64,000 nucleotides of DNA from positions 248,001 through 312,000 of IMG/VR virus record IMGVR_UViG_3300042502_001233; one strand, given 5' to 3'. The notes below the pieces were generated by a model, which saw only the letters and a list, made by a program, of their open reading frames with translations, had not been told where the DNA came from and did not search any database. The number at the start of each line of letters is the position of its first letter. Position 1 is the stretch's first letter. A program made the translations under genes and the position numbers. Below are positions 1 to 10,745 of the stretch, in pieces.

Positions 1-162
1 TTGGATGAACTATGGTTCATCAAATCAGACATACTTAAAAATCTTATCGAAACCAACGATTTCCCAAAGTTTTATAACGCTGGAGATATTGGAAGCGAAA
101 CACACGGTTACCTAATAAAAAGAAAAGATTACAAACAATACTTTCATGTGTGCAAAATCTAA
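1..162 (+). CDS. 3' end of a hypothetical protein (partial)
   Basis: Frame 1 is open from the window start to TAA at 160-162 (LDELWFIKSD...FHVCKI). Confidence 0.6.
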   Translation: MDELWFIKSDILKNLIETNDFPKFYNAGDIGSETHGYLIKRKDYKQYFHVCKI

Positions 163-781
163 ACCAAAATTACTAGTAGAACTAGTTCCGACAACTTGCC
201 ACTATAGCAACGTAAGAAGTACCCTAACAACCGAACAATGGGACAAGATTAGAAAATTATCATACGAGGCCGCTGGTAATGTGTGTGAAATATGTGGTGA
301 CACTGGTAAGAAACAAGGATACAGACACAACGTAGAATGTCACGAAATATGGGAATACGATGACGAAAATCATATTCAAAAACTTGCTGGTCTTATTAGC
401 TTATGTCCAACATGTCATAGTGTGAAACACATCGGCCGAGCAATAGCCATCGGAAAAGAAAAAATTTGTTTTGCACAATTGGCAAAAGTTAACAAATGGA
501 CCCCAGAACAAATCCAAGAACACATCGTAGAGTCATTTAAACTACATAAGACGCGCTCAAAATATAAATGGGGGTTAGACCTTAGTTTGCTATCAGAAGA
601 GCCCTATAACATCAAATTAAAAGAAACTGGGGAAAGAATCTTCGAAGTTAAAAAATACAAAAAAGTAAAAAAGAAAAAGGACCCAAACGCACCAAAGAAA
701 ATACACCCAAAAGCCAAAATAGCTGCGATTCTTAAACCCAAGAAACCCACCAACAAAAGACCACCAAAAAAAACGGACTAA
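146..781 (+). CDS. HNH-like / Zn-binding nuclease with Lys-rich tail
   Basis: CEIC...CHEIW.Y...LCPTCHSVKH motif pattern. Confidence 0.65.
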   Translation: MCAKSKPKLLVELVPTTCHYSNVRSTLTTEQWDKIRKLSYEAAGNVCEICGDTGKKQGYRHNVECHEIWEYDDENHIQKLAGLISLCPTCHSVKHIGRAIAIGKEKICFAQLAKVNKWTPEQIQEHIVESFKLHKTRSKYKWGLDLSLLSEEPYNIKLKETGERIFEVKKYKKVKKKKDPNAPKKIHPKAKIAAILKPKKPTNKRPPKKTD

Positions 782-1113
782 TTATTAGTCCCTTTTCTTA
801 ATTTTTCAATAAGCTCTTTCATCTTGACATCATCAGCTAACATACCTTTGAATTTTTCAGTACGGTCACCAGTTTCAGAATCCCACGCAACATTGCAGTT
901 AGGACATTGATAATGAACCTTTTGACCAAAACTCCATGAATCACCATCGGAACTTTCAAGTCGTACTAGTTTACTAGTTGGGTTGTTATCTCTATTTAAA
1001 CCACCATCCCAATCATGGTCACACTCAGGACACTTGCCACAAAAATTTGTTTTGTCAATCAAATAATTTTCTTTCATATATTGCTTTTTGTCAAATATAC
1101 AAATTTTAATCAA
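778..1113 (-). CDS. Small Zn-ribbon hypothetical protein
   Basis: Two CPxC motifs; real start probably downstream of 1113. Confidence 0.55.
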   Translation of the reverse strand: MIKICIFDKKQYMKENYLIDKTNFCGKCPECDHDWDGGLNRDNNPTSKLVRLESSDGDSWSFGQKVHYQCPNCNVAWDSETGDRTEKFKGMLADDVKMKELIEKLRKGTNN

Positions 1114-1143
1114 AAAAGCAAATATTTATAATAAAAATTAAGA

Positions 1144-2001
1144 ATGAAATTATTTTTGCGCAAAAATATCATTATAGAAAATTATTCAAAACCAGCTACA
1201 ACTCAATTGGATGAAATCGATGAAATAGCCAAAGCTCTTCCAGCAACTATCAACAGCGAAATCAAAATACCACAAGATGTAATCAACAGTTTTGAAATTA
1301 AATCTACACTAAACTCTGAATTCTGGACCGATGAAAAATTAAACCCAGACATCAGAGAAACCCTATTGACAATAGCGACAGACTTCTTTGAAGGTCTTGA
1401 GTTACCATCAAACGTAAAAATCAAAGACATAGTCTTTACTGGCAGCCTAGCCAACTACAATTGGTCAAAATTCTCTGACGTGGATTTACACATAGTACTA
1501 GATTTCGGACAAATAGAAGGTAATGATGAATTAATACAAAAATTCTTCGACGCTCAAAAAAACCTATGGAATCTTAAACACAATATCATAATCCATAAAT
1601 TCCCAGTGGAGATATACGCACAAGACTCTAAAAGCAAATTACACGCTACAGCAGTCTATAGTATTAAAAATGACAAGTGGATATTAAAACCATCAAAAGA
1701 AGAGCTTAGAATCAATAAAAACGTTATTAGAAACAAAGCGCTAAAGTTTGTTGCAAAGCTAAAAGAAATCAGAAAAGATTACAACAATCAAGATTATGCA
1801 GCAGCTATCGAAAAAGCAGAAGCTCTAGGTAAAAAAATTAAAAACTATAGAACCAGTGGTCTAGAAGGTGGTGGAGAATACTCAATGGAAAACCTAGTGT
1901 TTAAAGTATTGAGAAGAAGTCCGTTTATGGAAATACTTAACGACTATAAAGCCAAAGCATATGACGCTGAACAATCACTAGAAGAAGATATGATGCTATA
2001 A
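1144..2001 (+). CDS. Pol-beta-family nucleotidyltransferase
   Basis: GS...D-x-D motif (TGSLANYNWSKFSDVDLH). Confidence 0.75.
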   Translation: MKLFLRKNIIIENYSKPATTQLDEIDEIAKALPATINSEIKIPQDVINSFEIKSTLNSEFWTDEKLNPDIRETLLTIATDFFEGLELPSNVKIKDIVFTGSLANYNWSKFSDVDLHIVLDFGQIEGNDELIQKFFDAQKNLWNLKHNIIIHKFPVEIYAQDSKSKLHATAVYSIKNDKWILKPSKEELRINKNVIRNKALKFVAKLKEIRKDYNNQDYAAAIEKAEALGKKIKNYRTSGLEGGGEYSMENLVFKVLRRSPFMEILNDYKAKAYDAEQSLEEDMML

Positions 2002-2030
2002 AAAAGGGACCATAAGTCCCTTTGTTTGTT
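2001..2030. terminator. Bidirectional intrinsic terminator between convergent genes
   Basis: aaaaagggac-cataa-gtccctttgtttgtt. Confidence 0.7.
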
Positions 2031-3260
2031 TTAGAATGGTAATAGAGGGTCAAATTTAAAAATATCTGTTACATCCTCTTCAATTTCTATATCATAACCT
2101 TCCATGTCTTTATCAATCATAAATTTTTGAATCCACCCATCAACTTCAGCTTTTAATTCTTTAGGAGCGTCATGATTACATACACCTCTTAATTGACCAA
2201 CATACAATGTTTGGTATTTGGGTTTATCTTTTGCAGGTATTCTCCAATCGTTTCCATGTACCAACTCCAAAGTATAGTCACCAACTCTGTATATCCCACA
2301 ACGACCATTGTCTACGGTGCTTATGTATGTAGCAACACAATGATGTTGTTTAATACCTTCACGAACGATATCGTGGTTGGTTGTAAGAATTTCATACCCA
2401 CTGTAGCTAGCAAAATCCAAATATATTTGTTTAACTTTTAAATTCGTCAAAGGTTGTGACTCCAATACAATATAAGAAATCTCTTTGGCCCATTCATCGT
2501 GTTCTTCTTTTAATCGTCTAAGACTCCAAGAACAGTTAACTCTTTTATTTAACGTCTTGGCCATTTTGCATGTATCGATAAAATAATGACTGTTATACAT
2601 TTCAGATTTTAAATTGTCAAGGTTTATAAGATACTGACGCATCTCCTTCCAAATTTTTACTTTGTCATAAAAAGAATATTCTTGAGGGTTGGGTTTGGTA
2701 ATAAGCTCAATAACGGGCCATGGCGCTTTAAAGATTTTTTTAAGTATTTTCTTTTCGTTAAATAACTTATCAGTCACTATGGTGTTCAATGAAATACTGT
2801 AACCGTTGGTGGATTCTAGGATATTTCGTACCCATCCAAATCTTTCTTTAAGAAAAACAAAAGCTTCACTAGAATACTGATTATGATTGTATTTTAAATA
2901 TGAATGAGTCGGAACTGTAAAGCTGCTACCATTTTTTATGTAAAACTTTTTCTTGACATATAAAAATTGATTGGTCATGGTTTCATGATTGTACATTATC
3001 CCAGTTTTGGAAATACCATACTTCTTTGTAAACTTGCAAATTTTGAAATCACCGTTAGGGTATTCAAACAAAACCTCTCTATTTTGTGTGTGGTTGTTGG
3101 TGTTACCACCTCTGTTAAAAAACAACACCCTAGCTTTGTATTTGTCCTTTTGATAATCTTCAATCAACCCTTTAAGTTGTGGTGAAAAATATTCAGATAA
3201 CAATCGCCACGTAGGTTCACCACGGTCAGAAAAAACGGGTTCTTTTACTTTTTTTGCCAT
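2031..3260 (-). CDS. PcfJ-like domain protein
   Basis: C-terminal H-D...EG..QHHCVATY...Q.RG..N pattern. Confidence 0.65.
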   Translation of the reverse strand: MAKKVKEPVFSDRGEPTWRLLSEYFSPQLKGLIEDYQKDKYKARVLFFNRGGNTNNHTQNREVLFEYPNGDFKICKFTKKYGISKTGIMYNHETMTNQFLYVKKKFYIKNGSSFTVPTHSYLKYNHNQYSSEAFVFLKERFGWVRNILESTNGYSISLNTIVTDKLFNEKKILKKIFKAPWPVIELITKPNPQEYSFYDKVKIWKEMRQYLINLDNLKSEMYNSHYFIDTCKMAKTLNKRVNCSWSLRRLKEEHDEWAKEISYIVLESQPLTNLKVKQIYLDFASYSGYEILTTNHDIVREGIKQHHCVATYISTVDNGRCGIYRVGDYTLELVHGNDWRIPAKDKPKYQTLYVGQLRGVCNHDAPKELKAEVDGWIQKFMIDKDMEGYDIEIEEDVTDIFKFDPLLPF

Positions 3261-3312
3261 ATTATAGATTTTTAGAATACAAATATACCAATAAAAATCT
3301 TATCATGCAAAT

Positions 3313-4068
3313 TTATATACGAGATAAAATATATTCCTTATCTTCTGGCATGTTAGCGTCAATTATAGGTTCCAAGTATTTGAATTGTTCTTTTTTGTTT
3401 CTTTGGTCGTAAGAAAGGATACTAATCATATCATATTTGTCTAACTGTTTAACAATATTGTCAGGCATTTGTGGAATGGCTTTAGGTACATTTTTAAACA
3501 AATCAATTATATAAGTTATATTGATTCTATTTGCCAACAACGGTGCTAATTTTGGGTTTTTGTAAATTGTTGAGTAAATATTATATTCATTCATTTTATC
3601 AATACGTTCTTCAGGAATGTAATTTAACACTTTAGGATTTCTTGAAATAATATCAGACATATCATAGTTACTAAGTTCATATAATTTATCACCTAGATAT
3701 TTAAACAAAGTTGGTTGTTTAGTTAATAAATCAGATATTTCATAACCTTGAGAATCAACAAATTTTAATAACTCAGGTTTATAAACAAAAGATTTACCAT
3801 TCCCCCTTTCAAATAAACTATATTTAAAATTTTTAAATTTTTCAGGTGTATCTATAGTTATAACACCATCTCTAACAAAATATGGTAACATATTACCATA
3901 CATAATACTTTCAATAAGGTTTTGTTTTTTTGTGTCATCAGTTATGGCATCTATAATCGCTTTATAATATTTTAACCGAAAAATTCCCCAGAAAAATTTT
4001 TTCGGTAACAAGGGTCTACTTTTAAAACCCAAAAAAATTTCCAGGAAAAATTTCGCACACAGCATCAT
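3313..4068 (-). CDS. Hypothetical repeat-rich protein; N-terminal ~35 aa probably spurious (runs into the A/T-tract boundary element)
   Basis: ORF track; composition changes abruptly near 3975. Confidence 0.45.
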   Translation of the reverse strand: MMLCAKFFLEIFLGFKSRPLLPKKFFWGIFRLKYYKAIIDAITDDTKKQNLIESIMYGNMLPYFVRDGVITIDTPEKFKNFKYSLFERGNGKSFVYKPELLKFVDSQGYEISDLLTKQPTLFKYLGDKLYELSNYDMSDIISRNPKVLNYIPEERIDKMNEYNIYSTIYKNPKLAPLLANRINITYIIDLFKNVPKAIPQMPDNIVKQLDKYDMISILSYDQRNKKEQFKYLEPIIDANMPEDKEYILSRI

Positions 4069-4310
4069 GCCCCGTGGTCAGCCCAAAAATGGGGGTACGG
4101 AGGGAGGGGGGTAACGCCAGGATATACGTCCAGGGAGGGGTATGCAGGACTATCTCCAGCTTTAAGTATCTTATATCCATATACAACAAACGTGGTTTAA
4201 AACGTCTTATTTGCGGTCAAGTCAAATAAATGATATATGCAAATAAAGTTATTAACAATTTACATAGTTATTAACATTTGACAAAAACAAAAAAAGTTAT
4301 TAACATTTGT
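3975..4310. other. Non-coding boundary element: A/T-tract repeats, G-rich tract (4091-4140), three TTATTAACA repeats; candidate genome end or packaging region
   Basis: aaaattccccagaaaaattt / aaaatttccaggaaaaattt; gggggtacggagggagggggg...gggagggg. Confidence 0.45.
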
Positions 4311-4385
4311 TAATTTATAATCGTTTTACATAAACTTATTTGATATAAAAAAAGCTACTTTTAAGTAGCTTATTTTTTGTTAGTA

Positions 4386-4982
4386 TTAAATTGTAATACC
4401 TTGCATTTTTACTTCGGCTTTATCAAATATAAAAGTTCGATAGCTATCTTGTTTAAATTCGGCTAACTTTTTAATTTTGTTTTGTACAATTGTTAAATCA
4501 CGTGAATTAACTTTTTTGTACTCGATAGCTTGTAAGATAGTTTTTCTAACTACTAAGCCGTAAACGTGAATTTTCAAGCTATCTTTGTGTAATTTAACAC
4601 CTGTTGCTAAATTGATATAAGCATCAATTTGAGCATCACTTTGAGCTATGGTTTTATCTCCTTCGGCTCTTAATTGTTCTTTTGTCGTTTCATCGCTTAA
4701 ACGCTTGTTTAATGATGTTAAAACATTATCAAAAGCGGTATTTATTAACTCGATAGGATAAGACTTTTGCAAAGTTTCAATAATATCTTTTTTGTTCTCG
4801 GTTAAACTTTGTAAATCATCGTTTAAGATTTTTAAATAACTAACACCTGAATTGATAAGATAGTTACTTTTTTCGCCTTGCTTGTTTACATAATCACGAA
4901 CACCAACAAAATGATTATTTTTAATTTTTTTAGCTGTTACCAAAAGTAATGCGTTTTGTAAAGTTGTTTTTGTGTTTTCCAT
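4386..4982 (-). CDS. Hypothetical protein
   Basis: 198 aa ORF; upstream TAAATTTG box (caaattta at 5036-5043); hairpin terminator ~4349-4378. Confidence 0.75.
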   Translation of the reverse strand: MENTKTTLQNALLLVTAKKIKNNHFVGVRDYVNKQGEKSNYLINSGVSYLKILNDDLQSLTENKKDIIETLQKSYPIELINTAFDNVLTSLNKRLSDETTKEQLRAEGDKTIAQSDAQIDAYINLATGVKLHKDSLKIHVYGLVVRKTILQAIEYKKVNSRDLTIVQNKIKKLAEFKQDSYRTFIFDKAEVKMQGITI

Positions 4983-5170
4983 TTTTGTAAGAATTTTACG
5001 TTAAAATTGATTTTCTTTGTTCACTTTGAACACTGCAAATTTAGTCAAATAAGTTTATCCACAAAATTTTTTTACATAAACTTATCTGAAAAGTTATTAA
5101 CAATTTTGTTTTGTAGTGTTAATAACTTTTTTTGTATAAATGTTTGCATATATAAAATAAATTTATTATA

Positions 5171-5245
5171 CTACACGCGCACCCACACATAACGCGCATA
5201 CATACGCGCCCACGCGTTTACACACATACGCGCATGTGCAATACC
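5171..5245. repeat. Alternating purine-pyrimidine (CA/CG/TA) tract
   Basis: acacgcgcacccacacataacgcgcatacatacgcgcccacgcgtttacacacatacgcgcatgtgca. Confidence 0.7.
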
Positions 5246-5272
5246 TATATCGCGCGGACCAAACGGATAAGT

Positions 5273-8200
5273 TTATTTGTTTAGTTTACGTTTTACTTCA
5301 GATAGTTGGTCATAAGATAGTTCACTAAATCTATCTATTGGCAATTTATCCATATCGTGATTTAAAAGCAACGTAACACCTTTTAATTCTTCTTGGGTAA
5401 GTTCTTCTACTTGCCAACAATTATCTTCAAGATAGTTCTTTAAAATCGCTTGTTCATCTCGATGTACGTTTGTAAGGTTTACTAATAGTTTCATATAAGT
5501 TTATTTGGTTTGATATGCGCTCCCTCGGGAGCGCATGACACAAATGTGTACATAGGGTTATACTTCTTTCCAAAAACCATCAATTTGTGCAACCGTAATA
5601 GGTGTACCAAAAACTAAATCTTTGATGATATCTTGCTCTTGTAATTTAACAAAGTTTTTTTCTGCTTTCACAATATCTTTAGGTTCATAGTTGCCTTGCA
5701 TTGATGAATTGTTATTCATTATACCATAAACACCTATTTGGTATAATTGTGTTGCAAATGTAATTTTTTGCCCAGTTTCAACGTCAACAAATGAATGTGA
5801 TTTGTGATAAGTAAATTTTTTTAATTTTGCCATTGTGATATAAGTTTAATTGATTATTGAGTGCAAAGATACAACAATATTTGACATATACAAATTTATT
5901 TCGCGCATAGACGCAAATGTGTACATAAGGTTATGTGAATAGCATTTGCATTTCAACTGCTCTAAACCCTAACTCCAACGTTCGTTGTAACGTTGTAATA
6001 TCTTTATTAAGTTTGATTTTCTTATTGATTGATTTAATGCTTCTAACTACATTTCGCATAGTTTTTCTTGCTATGGTACGGCTACGTTTCTTATCGAAAC
6101 CAACATAGTTTCTTTCGTAAACGTGTGCATATCTACCATACGCTTTAAACTTATCCATATCAATAAGGCTATCCAAACTTTTCAATTGGTTTTCCAATCG
6201 AATTAAGTCTTGCTCGAGTGTTATATATAATACATTTTCCATATAAGTTTATGTGATTTTAATATAGTCGCCTTTGGCTAACCATATTTCCATTTCGCCA
6301 TAAGTTAAGATACTTTCCACTTTGCAAGTCATAACCAAATATGATTTATATTCGGGTTCTTTGCTTTTTTTAAGGCTTTTGCGTTCAATACTAAAGTTAT
6401 AGCTTTCAACAACTTTTTGGTACTGATACAACGCTGATTTGCCTTTAAGTTTGGCAACCAACACACCCTCTTTGGTTCTAAATTCTAATTCCATATAAGT
6501 TTATTTAGTCTACAATACCATTACCATAATACAAGTTGAAAGACTTGGCTTTGTAATCGTCAGACTGCAACCATTCTTTGTATTTTGTTTTTATTTGTTC
6601 GTCAGCAAAATCGTAATAGTGTCCGTTGCAATAACGTAACTGATTATTCTTTTTGTAGAATTGTTCAAATAAGTCTATGTCGTTTTCAGCAACAAGTGTT
6701 TCATTACGTTTAAATTCGGGTTTAGTATCTAAATATCTAAAACCACTTTCAGTAACAACTGATTTGTTTGCGGGTGCAAAGTAATTTAATGTAACTTCCA
6801 TTTTGATATAAGTTTAATTGGTTTCCGAGGACAAAGATAGACAAATAAAATAACCTACCAAACTTTTGATAGGTTATTTTTAAATTATTTTTAGATAAGT
6901 TTATTTACAATTACAAAACAAAATCGCCATTATTTCTGATAATGTTTTCACAAATAGCAATCAAACGTTCTTCATCGGTTTCATAGACAATATAAAATAC
7001 ATCTAATTTTGAACACAAAATACTTGATATATCAACAGAACGAATATATTGCTTTCCTTCAAACGCATATTCGATAATTGCTAATTGCTTAAGCGTAAAT
7101 ATTTCAAGCAATTTTTTGTGTGCTACATTATCCTCGTAAGTGCCTAAATAACAAGATTCGTTATAGTTATTTACTCTACCGACATAAGAAGCTAACAATC
7201 CACCTTTGGCACAAACCTCACAAGTAATGCTATTAACATTTTCTTTGTTTACATATGCATTTTGAGGCAATTTAATAATTCTATCTTTTTTCGGTTCTAA
7301 TAACTCTGCTTTGATTCTATCAATACAATCTTGGGCAACCATAACTCTTTTTTCAGCATTACTGCTATTGTTAAAAAGTTCGTTGGTTCTTTCAATTTTT
7401 TTTAGAAAAGCATTTTTTAATTTTTTGCTCATAATGATATAAGTTTAATTGATTTAACGTTGCAAATATAAAAAGAATAAATCATTCTACCAAACATTTT
7501 AACAAAAAAAAGCGTGGGTTTATCAAGTCCACGCTTTCCAACATTAATGTTTAACCAATTATCACTTACAAAATGTGATTTCTTTAAGGTTGCAAATGTA
7601 CAACATTTATTCTATATATAACAAATTTATTTTATAAAAGTTTTACAAGTCGGTTAATATACTTGTTATTCTCAACATACTTCTTTTTATTCTCGTCAAT
7701 CTTGACATCTAACTTTATGTTCTCGATACACAATTTATGATTTTCTTCGTGTTTACTATCGACAAGACTTTTTACCCTTGCAAATAGTTCTGAATAACCA
7801 TTAGCAAAATACAAATGAAACGTATCTTTAAAAAAACGTTGTCCGTTTTCTAAGGTTATTTCACGACTATCATCATACATAACCTTATATGGTTTTCCAA
7901 ATTCAAAACCATAATCGTCGGTTAATGAAATAACTTTTTCGTCAGTCAAATCCATATAAGTTTATTTGATTGGGTTATCTCTACGCCACTTTCTAATTGC
8001 ATCGGTCATTGAATAAAAGATATATCGCATACCTTTGATTTCAACAACGCCACTACGAAACTTATAAGCCGTAACTCCGTTTCTAACTTTTTTCTCTGCT
8101 ACGATTGGTGTAGCATCTAAATACATTGGATAACTCATAACGTATAAGTTTATTCAATTACTTCTACTATATTACAACAACTTGCAAGTTCATCAAGTGG

Positions 8201-9786
8201 TATTCTTTCTCGGTTGCTTGTTGAATAGTAACCTTGAAATTCATAACGCTTTACCCACTCTTGTAGCTTTTGTTCTGCTACTTCTCGACTTGGATAAATT
8301 TCTTCTCTACTGATAGCAAAGCCATCGGGACTAAAAACATCAAATTGTGGCATAATGATATAAGTTTAATTGGTTAACGAGTGCAAATATAATAAATTAA
8401 TTTTAAACTGCCAAACTTTTACCAATCAATTTTAATATCATATTCGCCTTGTTCAAGCAACCCTTTTTTACAAAGGTCGTTAGCTATCATTGAAGCGTGA
8501 GGATAAAAATTTCTTTCCCAAAACATATTGATATGTGATTTATCTTCTTTCCATTCTTTTTCATCCTTATCGGTTTTACCCCAATAGTAACCACATTCTT
8601 TTAGTTCTTCACTACTTGCGTTTAATGTTGCTTTAGGGTCTCTTTCAAGCCACGCTTTGAAACTAACCCCCATTTCAACCCCATTGATTACTTCGGGTAT
8701 GGTATCATTCTCATAATCATTTAATGACTTTTCCTCGGTTGATATGGTTTCAACCCCTCTTTGTTTACAATCATCTTGTTGTTGAAAAGAATAAACTTTA
8801 CCATAAGTTTTTTGTACTAAATTATCCCAATCTTGTACAGATATTTGTTTTCTTGTTTGAATATTCATAATATATTTAATTGGTTTAACGATGCAAATAT
8901 AAACAAAAAATCCACACTACCAAAAATAATGTGGATTTTTTTTTCATATAAGTTTATTCAGTTATTTCTTTAAAGACAAACCTTTGTGGTGGTGTATCTT
9001 CATCTAAATAAACTGCTTCCAAATAAACTTGTTCGTAAGTCAATCCAGCATAACAATTTTTTTGCGTTTCCAAATGAATTGGTGCAAACAAACTATCTGT
9101 ACCCTCTTTTACATTCATCATATGCTTAAAGTTCTTGTCAATGGTCTGCAACTGCCCATAAGGGTTTTCGCCATTGTAACGTTTTCCGTTCTCGATGTTT
9201 TTTGCGGTATTGCAAAACGTTGATGCGTGATAACCTATAACGCTTTCATCTGCAACACGTTTGTAAGCAACAACGTATTGAAATGGTTTTTGTTGGTTTT
9301 CTTCAAAGTTTTTACCCATTGCTTCCATTAACGCACCAACAACTTTTTTGGTTTCTTCGGGTGTTGGTCTTTGGTTTTCTTGTTCTGTATTCATAACGTA
9401 TAAGTTTATTTAATTAAATGTATTAATGTATCTATTCCACTTGCAACAACAACTCCGTTTACTTTGAATGTAATGTAACCCACTACAACCACGTTAGGCG
9501 CACCATAATTGTTTGAATTGTCTATGGTATAACCATAACCGATTGCGGTTATTGAATCACCCTTATTTACGTCTAAACTTATGTGTGATTGTTGTAAATA
9601 AGTAGTTGTGTTTTCTTTAGCATTGTAATACCAAAATTCGGGCGAATTACCCTCAATGAAAACTTCAAGTCTTTTGGTTTCTTCTTGGGTGTTTGGTGTT
9701 TCTTCTGAACTGCACGATGCAAATAAACTAATTAGAATAAGTGCTACTGCTAATAAGATTGCTTTGATAATTAATAATTTTTTCAT
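5273..9786 (-). CDS. Run of ~12 small early hypothetical genes (5273, 5558, 5931, 6249, 6505, 6911, 7632, 8150, 8419, 8954, 9406 lipoprotein, plus a short ORF near 7960-8138)
   Basis: Co-oriented ORFs, most with their own TAnnTTTG box; 9406 has a lipobox (LFASC). Confidence 0.7.
5860..5875 (-). promoter_or_regulatory. Example of the Bacteroidota sigma70-type -7 box TAnnTTTG(C), repeated upstream of dozens of minus-strand genes
   Basis: Plus strand gcaaagatac / gcaaatatac, also near 7462, 8383, 8893, 9815, 11287, 13361, 14481, 17205, 19139, 24263, 58712. Confidence 0.8.
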
Positions 9787-9867
9787 TTTGATATAAGTTT
9801 AATTGATTAACGATGCAAAGATATAAACAATTTTATTAACTACAAAGAAAAACTTTAATTATTTTGC

Positions 9868-9903
9868 AAAAAAAAAGAGAGTGTATGCACACACTCTCTT
9901 TTT
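9868..9903. terminator. Intrinsic terminator
   Basis: aaaaaaaagagagtgt-atgc-acacactctcttttt. Confidence 0.75.
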
Positions 9904-10129
9904 GGCTAGCTATTGTTTTCAGAAATTATCTGAGTCAGTCTTATGTTAATTTGTAAAGCATGAATAAAAAAAGCTTAAAGCTACCTAAAGGTTTTCTCTA
10001 CTTAACAACCATTGAATAAACTTATTCGGGTTGCATTAACAAGGCCTACATTAAATCCTATCTTGTTAATTTTTTTTTGTAAAGATAGGATTTTTTAATA
10101 TTTCGATATATTTATATATAAACAATATT

Positions 10130-10657
10130 ATGACTCCAGAAGAAAAAAAACAATACAAAGCCGAATATCGCAAATTAAATCGTGATAAAATCAATGAATA
10201 CAATAAAATGTATCGTGAAAAAAATAAAGAACGAGATAAGTCTAAAAAACAAGAATACAATAAAAACTATTCCCAAGGTTATAAAGAAACTAGAAATAAT
10301 CGATACAACGAGCGAATGAAGAACGACCCACTTTTTAACTTCAAACAAACCATACGAAATTTAATTAGAGTTTCTACCAAAAAAAATGGTTTTAAAAAAA
10401 TGTCTCGCACTGAACAAATTTTAGGTTGTTCTTATGAAGATTTTTACACTTATTTAGAATCTAAATTTGAATCGTGGATGACGTGGGATAATAAAGGGTT
10501 GTACAACGGCACCCCAAATTATGGTTGGGATATTGACCATATTATCCCAACATCAACTGCAACGACTGAAATTGAAATTATGAAATTAAACCATTACACA
10601 AATTTACAACCATTGTGTAGTTATTATAATCGTGATATTAAAAAAGATAATATTTAG
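10130..10657 (+). CDS. HNH homing endonuclease (opposite strand to its neighbours)
   Basis: ILGCS...WMTWDN.G...WDIDHIIP...NHYTNLQPLC. Confidence 0.85.
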   Translation: MTPEEKKQYKAEYRKLNRDKINEYNKMYREKNKERDKSKKQEYNKNYSQGYKETRNNRYNERMKNDPLFNFKQTIRNLIRVSTKKNGFKKMSRTEQILGCSYEDFYTYLESKFESWMTWDNKGLYNGTPNYGWDIDHIIPTSTATTEIEIMKLNHYTNLQPLCSYYNRDIKKDNI

Positions 10658-10745
10658 ACAAGCAAGGATTCAAAAATAGGCTTTGGCTTTAAACATAAAA
10701 ATACACATATACAAAGAAATGTATGTTGAATGATAACAAATAAGT

